From NCBI GenBank assembly GCA_011109175.1, contig RDEW01000010.1:124001-188000 (forward strand): a stretch of DNA of 64,000 nucleotides. Reading direction: 5' to 3'. Every line of letters begins with the position of its first letter. Position 1 is the first letter of the stretch. Below, piece after piece: positions 37,659-49,620 of the stretch. Below the pieces are notes generated by a model. It ran no database searches, was not told the DNA's origin, and worked only from the letters and a program-made list of their open reading frames with translations. This DNA is from Dicyema japonicum. Its lineage: Eukaryota > Animalia > Dicyemida. The translations under genes and the position numbers were made by a program.

Positions 37659-40255
37659 AGTTAGTTAGTTAAGAGCTCTTTCGCGTGGCCCTAAAAGGGG
37701 TTCGCTTGAGCCATGTTTTGCAGCCATCCTCCTCGCCATCCTCGCCCACGCCATCTTGTTCCTGGTCCTCATTCGAACATCATCCAGATCGTCCGCTGTC
37801 ACCAATTTACGACTATTTTGTTCGTAGTCATCTTTTAAGCAGGTTGGAAGTGTGTTTCTTGGTCTGCCTCGAAATCCGCGACTTCCGGCGTAGTAGAAAT
37901 ATTCTTCCATTATTCTGTTACATGGCGTAGTCGGGTCCAGTCTGAGGATATGTCCAAATAGTCGCCATCTCGATAAAATAACATCGGTGCTGAGTGGTCT
38001 GGATTTACATCGTGAATATAGATTTTCATTTGAGATTTTTCTCGGCCAAAAAATTCCAATCAACATGCGGAGTTGGTTCCTGTGAAAAGTATCTAGCTTC
38101 TCTAAATCAATTTTAGAACATGCCCATGTTCCGGAATTGTATAGCAAAATTGGTTTAACAAACGTATAGTCTGATACGAAGTTTCAGTGATACATGTTTT
38201 TTCCTTATCCAAATTTGGTACATTTTTTGAAGTATATGGTAGCCAGCATTTTCCTTCGACAAATATCCTCAGCATCACCTAGCAGTGAGCCGAGTTTTTT
38301 GGTATGTCTCCAGCACTCATCGTTCCTTGATTCTGCTCGTTCGACTCGTGTATAATCAGTTTTTTTAATGTTTATGCGTAAATCCCAATTCTTAAAAATA
38401 CGTTCGGCTTGAAGTAAAATTTGGTCAAGTATTTCTTGGTCGGTAGACACAAAGTCTACATCATCCGCATAAATTAACTCTGTTATGTCCCGGTATTTAG
38501 GACCCATGACATTTCTCAATTCCTTGAGTGCAGCTTCGAGGTAAACAATAAATATAATTGGGGACAAGGAATCTCCTTGTGGAGTGCCCATGTTGGTACT
38601 GAAACTCTTCGAATGCTTTGTTCCTATTCTCACGGATAGGTCAGTTTCGGAAAGTAATAAACTTATTAGTCTCAGGCAGTCCTCGTCAAGCAGTTCCTTT
38701 AGAACAATCATGAGTTTTTCTCTATTGATGCTGTCAAAAGCCTTCGTTAGATCAATTCCTAAGATGTAGATTACTTTCGTGTATTTTTGACATATTGATG
38801 TGAGCCATCGATGACTCCACACAATATCTGAGGTTGATCTTCCACTTCTAAACCCACTTTGACTTAGGGAAAGGTATTTTTCCACTGGCTATCATATACG
38901 GTTAAGCACTATGATCGATAAGGTTTTCCTGATAACTGACAATAAAATAATAGGTCTTAGTCCGTCCAACGACCTTTCTTTTTTCCCAGGTTTATGTATT
39001 GGAATTAAGACTCCATGTCCCAAAGGAAGTGGACAGTGAAGTTCCATCGACTCATTTAAGATATTCGTGATTATACACATTTATTAGAATTTGAACTTCC
39101 CAGTTTCGAACGTATTTCTTTCTGCTGCTCAGACAATTCTCGAATTAAGGGGTCATGAATCATTCGTCTATTTTGGTCTTTTTCCTGGTATCTAACAGTC
39201 TCTATCGCCGACAGTTTTAGAATATCCAAAATCTTCCCGAGGTCAGTCGAGGGGTGCCACTGGGTTCAACTCACGTAAACGTTTAGAGACATTTTGTTGG
39301 TATCTCTTTTGCCAAGTGTCAAAAGTCAACATTTCCACAGCCAAACGTCTATTTAGAGGTGTGCTTTTCCTCTTGACTGCCTCAATTCCGTAGTATCGTT
39401 TGAGATTTAATCTGGCCACCGTTAGCTTATGGTCATCGTCAGTAGTGGTTCTTCCATAACTCCTAGAGTCAGACAGAAGTCTCTTCAAGGAGATAGGGCA
39501 GATAATGTAGTCTATTTGGTTGAATATGCACGTGTGTTCGTCTTTGGACCTTCTTATGCCAACCCAGGTAGTTCTATGTTTTGCTGGGTGTTTAAAAGTG
39601 GTATTGCATAGATACAGATTTGAAGAATTACAAAAATCCAAGAGTGAGTGTCCAGAAAGATTACGATACCCTCTGCCATATTTTCCCATACAGACTTCGT
39701 CGTTCCTTCTCATGCCAGCCTTGGCATCCTAGTCACCACAGATAAATATAAGTGCAGATCGATGAACTCGCATATATGTATTCGATAGGATTTGATAAAA
39801 CTCATCCAACTCATCCATATTTTTGGAAACTCTGCCCATGTGTGGGGCATATACATTGATAACAGTCAGCATAGTATTGTTTGTAGATGATAACACAATT
39901 GCATAACGGCAACACGATCACTGACTGTCCATACTTTATGCAAGCAGTTCACTAGGTTCCAGTTAATTGCAAAACCAAGACCGTAATGTCGATTTTCTGA
40001 TGGGAGTAGAAGAATCCGGTAGTTACAAATGGTTTCATCGGATCCTAGGGCGTTTTTTGTTTCCTGTATGCAGCAAATGTCGATTTTGTAACGGGACAGA
40101 TCTTCGGATAATAGTTCCCTCTTGATCAGAGATGAGAGGCCACGAACATTGTATGTGGCGATGGAAAACAAGGATTTTGCATTTAGACATGATAAAGACA
40201 TGAATTTTTCTAAAGAAGAAAAACAGAAGCACGTCACCACTTCAACCAAAATAAA
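37659..40255 (-). mobile_element. RTE-like LINE flanked by a 65-bp direct repeat (TSD)
   Basis: ATYNVRGL (APE), FRSGRSTSD, QGDSLSP, YADDVDF, LGSLLGD; (TAAC)n tail at 37659. 37594-37658 is identical to 40256-40320. Confidence 0.92.
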
Positions 40256-40431
40256 CGACTTTCTGGAATTTATCGTGAGTCGGTTCTTCATTACCCAGGC
40301 GTTGAGTCGGTCCAGAATATGTTTTAAACAAATGATTTTTCAAGTTTAAACAAACTTAAAAATTAGGTTATTAAAATAAATATTTTTAAAATAAATCTTT
40401 TAAATTAAAAATAAATATATTCTGACTGTGT

Positions 40432-41024
40432 ATGGCGGATGACATGGAAATTATGTTATTCAGGAAAGTTTTGCCAGTCTATCAGATTCCACCAAACATT
40501 TCAACCTCAAAACGAGGTTACAAGGCTGCTGAGTGGAATCTGGACAATCCTTCTACGATGGCCACAATGATTATGACTTCCGTCAATAAATCCATAACAA
40601 TTTGCTTATATGACAGTATTTTTGTTTATACATTTTAGCTGACAATTCTGACAGTTTGATTGGTTCATGCACACTTACTGATTACCCGTCCCCGTTGTTG
40701 CAGAATGTGCTTGATTCCCAGCGATATTTTGTTCTCAGAGTTACTAAGGATGGCAATAGTGGCTTCGTCGGGCTTGGGTTTCAGGAGAGAGAGGACTCGT
40801 TTACTTACTTAACTTGCCTTCAAGACTTCTTTGCGAGGATTAACCGATCTACAAAGCCCTTAGAGAGTCACAAGCATGTGGATTTGTCCCTTAAAGACCA
40901 GCAAATCACTATTAATGTCCCTGGACTTTCTAAGGAGAACCACAATAAGGCCTCTCAGTCGACCTCTCTTTCCTCTAATCTGATTGCTCCCCCACCAAAG
41001 ACTGGACGAAGGAATAGAAATTAA
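40432..41024 (+). CDS. NECAP: NECAP (adaptin ear-binding coat-associated protein)-like, 189 aa, one 23-nt intron (40616-40638)
   Basis: PHear-domain motifs GYKAAEWNLD, VLDSQRYFVLRV, FVGLGFQEREDSF, LQDFF, DLSLK..ITINV. Spliced length is 570 nt and in frame. Confidence 0.9.
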
Positions 41025-41079
41025 TTTATTTAATAATATTTGGTTAAATTAATTTATTTAATAATATTGATTTTTCTTG

Positions 41080-41400
41080 TGGTTCTCAATTTTATTCTGT
41101 GACTATCTTTGACAAAATCGTTAGACAATTTCTTGACAATAGTGGCTGGATCCCCATACGGATGTTAGAATTTTTTAATCGAAGAGAAGGATTCGACCCA
41201 TAATCTTTTTGAATACGAACCTTTAAGTAATTAAAAATGGAATGCCCCCAACATCTAATTCATAATTTGATGGATGTACTCCCATCTTCCTATTCATTCT
41301 TCTACAATATGAAGATTGAAAATTCACCCTTTCAATATCAAACTGGAACTAATCATCTTCAGTATAAGTAACTTTTATTATGAGTGTCAGTATTTTCTAC
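41080..41400 (-). mobile_element. Second Ginger-like integrase C-terminal remnant
   Basis: YCRRMNRKMGVHPSNYELDVGGI-[20 nt ending AG]-VRIQKDYGSNPSLRL..HPYGDPATIVKKLSNDFV, homologous to 9640-10060. Confidence 0.45.
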
Positions 41401-41489
41401 AATTTCATATAATAGACGTCAATTACTGATGACGACCAAGAAAATGATCATTTTCAAACAACGAAATAACATATTTTTATATTTTTTGG

Positions 41490-41830
41490 GTCATTCAGAT
41501 CTTTATGAAATCTCTCCGGTACAAGAGAAACTTTATCAACAATAGAGACTGCACGGAGTGTTATGAGTATCTTAGTCTTCTTAATTCCATATTTAAGACA
41601 CAAGTGCAGATATATGCATTTAACCACCTCATTATACCTTCACACGTAATCGCTGTTTAACATACGACCACACCTTGTTGGTTTCACTTTTTTCCAGGAC
41701 TGTTGAAGAACAAACTACGGTCTTGTATAATACACAATAATCCTTCGGATCTTGGAAAATTGTTCCCATGTGATAACCACTGAGATGAATTCCTCAATTC
41801 GACGTTGACATCATCCAAACATTCGAAAAG
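41490..41830 (-). mobile_element. RLE-type (R4/NeSL-like) non-LTR fragment
   Basis: SSQWLSHGNNFPRSEGLLCIIQDR; RCGRMLNSDYV.RYNEVVKCIYLHLCLKYGIKK. Confidence 0.75.
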
Positions 41831-42406
41831 GATTCCATGATTAGAACGATTTTTTGACTGTTTTTCTGACCAAATTTTTAGAGACTTTATTGATTTTAAA
41901 AATTTGACCTTTTTTGACTTTATGACAAATTTATCTAGAAATTTTTTTTAATATGAAAAAAGCTAGTTCAAAACGTTTTTAGGTAAAAAATTTAGGTCGT
42001 TAGATAATAATTTTGCATTAATTAAAATCTTTACTGAATAGATGATGTGGAAAGATTTTTTTAAATAGCCGTCTATGCATGGAGAAATATAGTAAATACT
42101 TATTAAAGAAAATCTATATTCCAGATACTTCTAAATTTTGCATAAATCGTTACTGAAATACATTTTGAATCTAGTCTTCTACTGTGAAGTAAGTTTTCCT
42201 GTTATCTTTAACTTATAAACCACTATTGACATAATATAGCTGATAAACTCCTCCATAGTTCATTTTAATAGATTATTTCCAAGTATCTTTTATTAAAATT
42301 CCATTTTCATATAAACTCTTATAAGATTATAAAAAATATATAACACGTTGCTGGTTAATGGTTGTTGTCGATAAGAATCTAAATTCATCGGATTATGCGG
42401 ACTTCT

Positions 42407-42723
42407 GGGTGGCATAGTGGTTAGGTGTCGGGCTAAAGTGACTTAGGTTACGGGTTCGAATCTCGCTGCTGTTCACCTGGTGGAAGGTTCCACGCATCTA
42501 CGATGCTAAAAAGGCTTGACGAGTGACGCCGTCATCAGTGGACTCTCACTGCGGAACTGGATTGTCTAGAAAGGAACCACACACAAGAAAAAGAAAAAAG
42601 AAGTGAAGATCATTCCTTGGTTCTACGATTAGTTAAAATTAACTGTTCTTTACTTAAATAAAGTGTGTGTCCTGCCTATGCGGAGCTAATACCACGGCTC
42701 CGTGAAAAAGGCTGTTATTATTA
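42407..42723 (+). mobile_element. tRNA-derived SINE, full-length, degenerate TSD
   Basis: A-box and B-box (GGTTCGAATC) head; flanked by ATTATGCGGACTTCT and ATTATGGGGACTCT. Confidence 0.9.
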
Positions 42724-42949
42724 TGGGGACTCTGTGTCGAATTGAGTAAAGAAAGCCCAAATCGAACGGCAGCCGAGTTTGTCCGACATGTTTCCGACGC
42801 GGATGCTTCTAGGATTCGTCCTCAGCAAAACAACACGATATTTCCGGTTTTAAGAGCAATAATGTCTTCCTCAACAGCTGATTGTCGAGAACAATGGGCT
42901 ACTTCGGTTATTGAAAGCACGCGCTCTAGAATCGGTCGTGTCCCCAGAG

Positions 42950-45460
42950 GTTCCTTATGTCCTCGAGACCCCAAACCAAAAAGATTCCTTATGTCAAGAT
43001 TGACAATAGCTTATTGGAGTGTTTGAACTATGTCATTAGCCAATGGGTTAAAAAGAACTCTATAATTTCTACGGATCAAATTTCTACTCTTATTTATGCT
43101 GGTCAAGCTACATATCAGATCATTTCAGTGAAAAAAAAATGAACCATCAAAATGGAATGAGAATATATGCAGAAAATCGAAAAGTGGAAATCCTTTTTTT
43201 TTGCAAATTAAAAAATTTTTTATGAAGACGTTGTCATCAGGGGAAAAATCCTTAGTGGGATACAAAAAAAATCATGGTTAAAAAGGGAGGATTATTTCGT
43301 ACATTGAAGATAAAATTAAAATTGCGTGTATCTGAGTCCCGCAAGAAATTCCGCCTTGATAATCTAAACTTCGAATTAAATCGAAAATCATTTTACAGAA
43401 ACCTAACCTCTACGGCAAATAATGTTACTGCGTCTATTGATAATGAAAAATGTGCAGACTTTTGGGAAGACGTTTGGAAAAAGAAAGATGTATGTTTAGA
43501 GAGGGTCAATATTGAAAAAAAAACCGGCGTCGAGAATGTACCTGTTGGATATAATAGAAATGAGTTTAATGAAACAATTAAATTTCTGCCTAACTGGAAC
43601 GCCCCAGGCTGCGATATAGTTTTCAACTTTTTTGTTAAAAAGTTCACGTTTTTGCACGACTCAATATTTAATGTGATGAGTAGAGTTGTGGAAGGAGAAT
43701 GTGTGCCTGAAGAGTGGTTTTTCACTGGACTTACTTGATCCCAAAATGCACTGCCCCTGAGTCTCCAAAAGATTTCCGCCCGATTACATGCATGCCATCG
43801 TTATATAAACTCATGACGAAATGCATTAATATGAAGCTAACTGACTATGCGGAAGCATTTGATCTACTTACTGAAAACCAAATGGGCACTAGGAGATGCC
43901 AAGGTGCTAAGGAACAGGCTCTGGTGAATAAGTCACTTAACAGAATCAACAGATTTGGACTTTATGCAGCATGGATTGACGTTGAAAAGGCTTTCGACTC
44001 AGTAAACCATGATTTTCTCTTTGATGTCCTTGAAAACTCTGGCATTCCATTGTGGATTGTTAACGTAATTAAAATACTTATTAAAAAACTGGAAATACAA
44101 GCTTTTTTTAAATAAAGAAAATTTACGCACCATCAAATTACAAAGAGGAATTTTACAGGGAGATAGTTTGTCTCCTATGCTATTTGTGTTAGTGTTGGAT
44201 CTACTTAGCCGATTCCTTAATAACAGATATCCAAAAGTTTCTATTACCAGTAATGATCAGTCAATTGCATCGTTACCAACTAATCATCTTTTATTCATAG
44301 ACGACCTAAAACTTATTTCGAACGATGAAGAAGTTATTGTTAAGATAATGGAACAAGTTAATTTATATTTCAAATCTGTTGGTCTCAAAAAGAACTTGGA
44401 TAAATCGGCTACTAATTCCTTGTTGTTATCAAATGAAGCTAATTGATAGAATAGATGGATATAAGTATTTGGGTGTATTGGAAGGCCCATCTGGGCAAAT
44501 TAACAAGGCAGACATGCTTAAACAATATTTTCTGAAGTATGCCAAAAAATAGAAAAAATAGCAAACACTAAATTGAACTCGGTCAACCTTTTTAAAGCAA
44601 TTAACGAACATGCATTATCTTTATACAATGCTACAACGGATTAATTGATTTGGAACTGAATGAATTTGAGAAGATTGATACTCCGTAGTTTGCTGAATAA
44701 ATATCATATACACCTTAATCCAGCTTGCAAAGAGAGACTGTACCTACCTCGAAAGATGCTAGGGAGAGGATTGTGCTCGATCTCTTTCCTCAGTGATAGA
44801 ATGTTAGTTGGTTTTCTGAACAATTTGAAAGGAAAAAGTACTTGTTGCAGAAGAAGTTCCGCTATTCTTCAGGTCGAAACTTTAAGTAAAACACATATGG
44901 CTACCATTGAAGAATTTTTGCGGGAGAAGTACAATACATTTATCCTGGATAGTAAGAAAAGTCTTCATTCGCAAGTGTACAAAAACCTATCGGAAGAATT
45001 TTTAAACACTGAATTTTCATCTCTGTGGCTAGCAAAAGGGAACAACTTTGTTCTGTTTAGTCCAGGACAGAAATCTCTTCTTTGGAGAACTGAACAAAAT
45101 TTGCGCCTTGTGTAAAAATGAAAAAAAACCGTCGATCATTGTGCTACAAAATGTGAAGGAGTTGATACACCAGGCAGATGTCAAGATTGTCCCGATTGTA
45201 CTCACTTGGGATGGCCTAGTGACTTCACATTCGTGAAGTATGCCAGATCTTTGAATATAAGTGAAAGAACGTATGCGTATGTTCAATCGCTGGTAATCAA
45301 GAAGACTTTGAAAGTATGATTGTATCATATAGGAACGAAGTCGACGTTTCGCGGCGTTATGATAAACTTAACGAAGGGATAAAAGATAGTAACTCTTGGT
45401 CTGATTATGAAGCGAGAGAAGAGTGTGAGCGAAGTGATGTCAATGTATATTTAAGAAAAG
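42950..45460 (+). mobile_element. RLE-type (R4/Dong/NeSL-like) non-LTR retrotransposon, near full-length, frameshifted
   Basis: NWNAPGCD, FRPITCMPSLYK, WIDVEKAFDSVNH, ILQGDSLSPMLFV, LFIDDLKL, KERLYLPRKMLGRGL, LTWDGLVT. Confidence 0.92.
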
Positions 45461-45659
45461 GAAAAGGACTGTGACAATTGGGTTTACTCCCATAGTTGCT
45501 CGAAGAGGAAAAGAATTTGATAGAGAAAATTTTAATTAGAATTAACCGCTCTGTTATTATAAAAATTTACAATTAAAAAAATAAAATAAACTCTCAGTTA
45601 TTTTTTACTTCAATAAATTTTTAAAATATTATTCAACAACTTCAAGATAATTCTCCTTT

Positions 45660-47372
45660 CTGATCAGAATTTTTTGTTAGATTGGCAATTTCGGCCAAAT
45701 CAGAAAGCTACAAAGGAAAACACTGACTTAACGAGATGAAGAAGGAAAACATATTGCTAACCAACAAGAAATTGCAGAACTTATAGCGGACTATTTTGAA
45801 ACACAATTCGTATCAAAAATAGCAAAAAACTCACAATTAACAGGAATCAAGGAAAATTAGACGAAGAAATAACTTTGGAAGAAGTGATGACGGGAAGTTT
45901 CAAACTGAAGGACAATAAGAGTCCCAGCCCAGATGGCTTAAATGGTGAATTTTTCAAATATGGAACTCAAAAACTATACAAGATAATTGCCTGGATTCTA
46001 AACGAAACGTATAATAAAGGAACCACCTTGCCATTTGGAGAAGGACAATTGATACCTGTACAGAAGCCAAACAAAAAAGCAGGGAAAGTTGAGAACCTAA
46101 GACCAATGGTCTTAACCAACACATTACGGAAGATATTAGCCAATATTACGCTTCAAAGAATTGAGGAACGCCTAGACTCGTACCTGTCGGCTTATCAAAG
46201 TGGCTTCTGCTAAAGGAGATCAACGTCTGATGTTATATGGAGCCACAAATGGAGAAGTGCGACTGTTCAAAATTAAAAATAACGACAACTATTCTGGGGA
46301 TTAATATGTCAAAGGCCTTTGATTCCGTCAACAGGAACAAGCTGCTGCAAATACTGGAGCTCAACGATTAGGATGGTCAGGACACTCCTGGCATACACAA
46401 GTTTGATGGTCAAGGCTGGAAAAGCTTTATCGATAACATTTGAAACGACAATTAGTACTCCTCAAAGAGATCCATTATCCCCGATTTTGTTTATTATTTA
46501 TCTGGAGGCAGCTCTACGAGACTTGAAGCCTTATATCGGAGAAGAAACGAGCATAATAGCATATGAGGATGACGTGGACTTCATTTGAATAACAAAAAAG
46601 AGTTAATTTCACTTTTGGAAAAAATTTCTGATAAAATGGCTGAATGTTCATTAAAAGTAAACACAAACAAAACCGAAATCACTGAGCTAAAAAGAAGTGA
46701 AGAAAGGACCGAGGAGCACTGGCATAGATCAAAAAAACTAGGATCCCTTTTCGGTGACACCAAAGATATAACACGAAGGAAGACACTAACTATTGTCGCT
46801 TTCAACAAAATGAAGAAGACCTGGCTTCTGCACAAAAGGCTTGACCCTAAAACTCGAATGAGACTATACAATGCCCTAGTGAGGCCAATCCTATTATATA
46901 ATGCCGGTACATGGGCATGTACAGGGCAGGAACTCGAAAAGTTCAATGTTTTTCACAGAAATCATCTCCGAGCACTTCTTTCTTCTCGAAGCCTTTTCAA
47001 AATGCCGTCCGAAATCTTATACAAGAGAACAGGAACTGAGCCAGTATCATGTAATATTACTAATTCAAGATGAGGCTGTTTGGACACATACTCCGCCACG
47101 ATATGAGGACCCCTGCAACATAGCAATGGAGGAGAATTTTATCTTGGAGGCTTCGCGTTTCCGCGTCCGGCCGAGGACAAAATAGCCGGTAATCCTAGAT
47201 GAAGATCTCAGGAGGATTGGAAAGTGCCTTAAAGATGGGGATAATCTAGATATGCTACGGAACCTGGCAACGGATCGAAAAAGATGGGCGATGTTAATTA
47301 GATTGTTAACTTTTCGTGTTGCACATTCTTTGTCATGATCTTGGCAGCGAGTACGTGCCTATAATAATAATA
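45660..47372 (+). mobile_element. 5'-truncated RTE-like LINE
   Basis: KSPSPDGLNGE, LRPMVLTNTLRK, YEDDVDF, KLGSLFGD, LYNAGTW; (ATA)n tail at ~47360. Confidence 0.9.
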
Positions 47373-47719
47373 CCTCAAACAAGTTTTGTAAACTTTAACG
47401 TTCACCTTATGCAAGGAAAATCATGTTCGAGTAAGCATTAGTGACTTTATAGATCCTAGAGTGGTAGATGAATGAGAAAGTCAGATATTTTTACAGTGGC
47501 ATCTGTGAAATCGTAATTAAAATGATCTGTTAGCTTGAAATGTTTATTAGGCATAAGATTCAATAAAAAGCTGTTGTTGGAAAATTCGTGAGTTGATAAA
47601 AAACCTGAATATTTTCTACTAACAGTCTTAACCTTTTCAGTTACCTTTCTGATAAAACCAATAGTTATCAAAAACTCGAAAAATTTAACAAAAAAACCAA
47701 TAAAAATTATTCTTTATTA

Positions 47720-49620
47720 TTATTTTAAAACCCCAAGACCACAAAGAATGAAAGAATTAACTTGCTAAATTACGTGATCCCAGCCTCCAACATCTCTTGA
47801 ATTCTCTTCGAATGCTCCGCCAGTGAACCAACAGCGTTTCTAAAGTGTCTTCTTTTATTTCTGCAAAGGAATTCTATCGGGGTTCACTTTTTAATTCCGA
47901 TCTGAATTCCTCCGCATGAACCACCCTCTCTCTGAATGGGTTTCCTAGCTCATTGCACATACGTAGGAAGCCTAGGCCATTTCTCACCGTCGCCTCTTCT
48001 GAAAGCAGACTGGGGATGGATGTGGAGTCTGATTTTACATGCCTCATGATCTTCCGTCTGAGGAAGTTCATGCGCTCCACCCTCGTAGAAGGAATTGCGA
48101 ATCTCCAGGCAGAACAGGCATATTCAGTCGTTGGCGCAATAATTTGGAGATATACTTTGCTGATACAAGCAGTAGGAAGGAAGGGGCTCTTCTTTACGAT
48201 GGCTTTTAGGACGTTCCATTTTCGAAAACCCTTGGTTAACACCTCCTCCGTGTGACTGGCGAACGTCATCAGAGAGTCGAAAGTTACTCCAAGGATATTT
48301 TGGATTCGTGTGTTTACGAGGAATATCTCAAGTCCACCTTTAAATCTTCTGTCCGTAGTAAATAGGGTGAACTGGATGCAGACACAGACAGTAAATTCAT
48401 GGATAGCCAGTCACACACCTGGTTGAGGTGTGACTGAACCACCGCCACAGCCCTGGAGGGAGATTTGTTCCTTGCAGCGATAATCAGGTCGTCTGCATAA
48501 GATAAAAACATGGTTGATAGTAGGTAAATCGTGTAGAAATAAGTTAAATAAGAGAGAAGATAGAGGGGGCCTTGTGGGACCCCATTATGGAGTAGTCTTG
48601 ATTTCGAAGTAATTTTTCCAATCTGGACTCTTCCACATCGGCCATTTAAGAATTTTTCCAGCCATAGCATGATGCTCGGATGTACATTTGAGTTAAATAT
48701 CCACTTTGTTAGGAGAGTCCTCGAAACCGAGTCGAAGGCTTTCTGTATATCTATAGACACCAGAGCCGTCCGTAAGTAAGTTTTCATGTTGAAGCCGTCT
48801 GTGATGAACTGGGATACAGATCCCAAATGCGTCGTTGTAGAACGGCCTGATCTGAAGCCATGTTGAAAATCAGGAAACACTAGAACAGGGGTGATCAACA
48901 TTAGTACAAACTTATCCAACACTTTTGACAAGGCGCCAGTTATGGATACAGGGTGGTATGAGGATGGAATGTCTTTTGATTTTCCAGGCTTGAGGATTGG
49001 AGTAATCACTGAGTTCTTCCATATGTTTGGTATTGTATGGGATTTTATAGACTGATTGTATAGTCTTGATAACATAATATGAGCCTCCTAGGTGGTTAAG
49101 GTGGATAGCACAGACACCGTCGGGGCCCCAGGCTCGGGTTTGTCGTAGAAATTTAAAATTCCTTTCCACGTCGTAGGGAGTGAAGAACGTCGTAAATGTC
49201 TACTGTTGTGGGCCACCTCGTTTGACATGCAGAGATCGAGAGAAGTCCTTGTGGCTGATCGACACATAGTATTTCATGAGGTTATTAGCGAGTTTCCGTG
49301 CATATTCCGGGGCAAAGGTAACGGTTTCCACTCTGCCGTCATCTTCCTTTGTGAGGCTGTTGCTACTCTTTAGTGTCTTCTAGAAGGTTCCACACGAGTT
49401 CTTGTGCCATAGTCGACCAACAAGCCGACTCCACTTTTGTCTTTATTTATCACGGAATAGTTGGGAAATTATGCGATTTAGAGAGCGTATGGACGATATA
49501 GAGCCATCTGATTGCATTCCGGTTTTCTTCAAGGCATCCCGTTTCTTGATATAAAATAGTTTGCATGTGCGCACTTTTAAAGTTCTTTATTTCATTTTGT
49601 ACGCTTTGTCATGAGATTAG
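47720..49620 (-). mobile_element. Family-A LINE, RT to 3' end
   Basis: WKNSVITPILKPGK, FQHGFRSGRSTT, IDIQKAFDSV, NGVPQG, SYADDLII, LGVTFDSLMTF; family-A terminus at ~47720. Confidence 0.92.

Noticed and set aside
39866-40291. ORF 39866-40291 as a host gene
   Set aside because: It is a chimera of the 65-bp TSD and the RTE leader plus endonuclease.
42407-42478. tRNA gene
   Set aside because: A and B boxes and a T-arm are present, but the acceptor and anticodon stems are poor, and the sequence is always fused to the same ~240-bp body and tail. It is a SINE head.
47456-47671. 72-aa ORF, weak GRAM/PH-like impression
   Set aside because: The similarity is too weak to support by eye, and no coherent gene model could be built.
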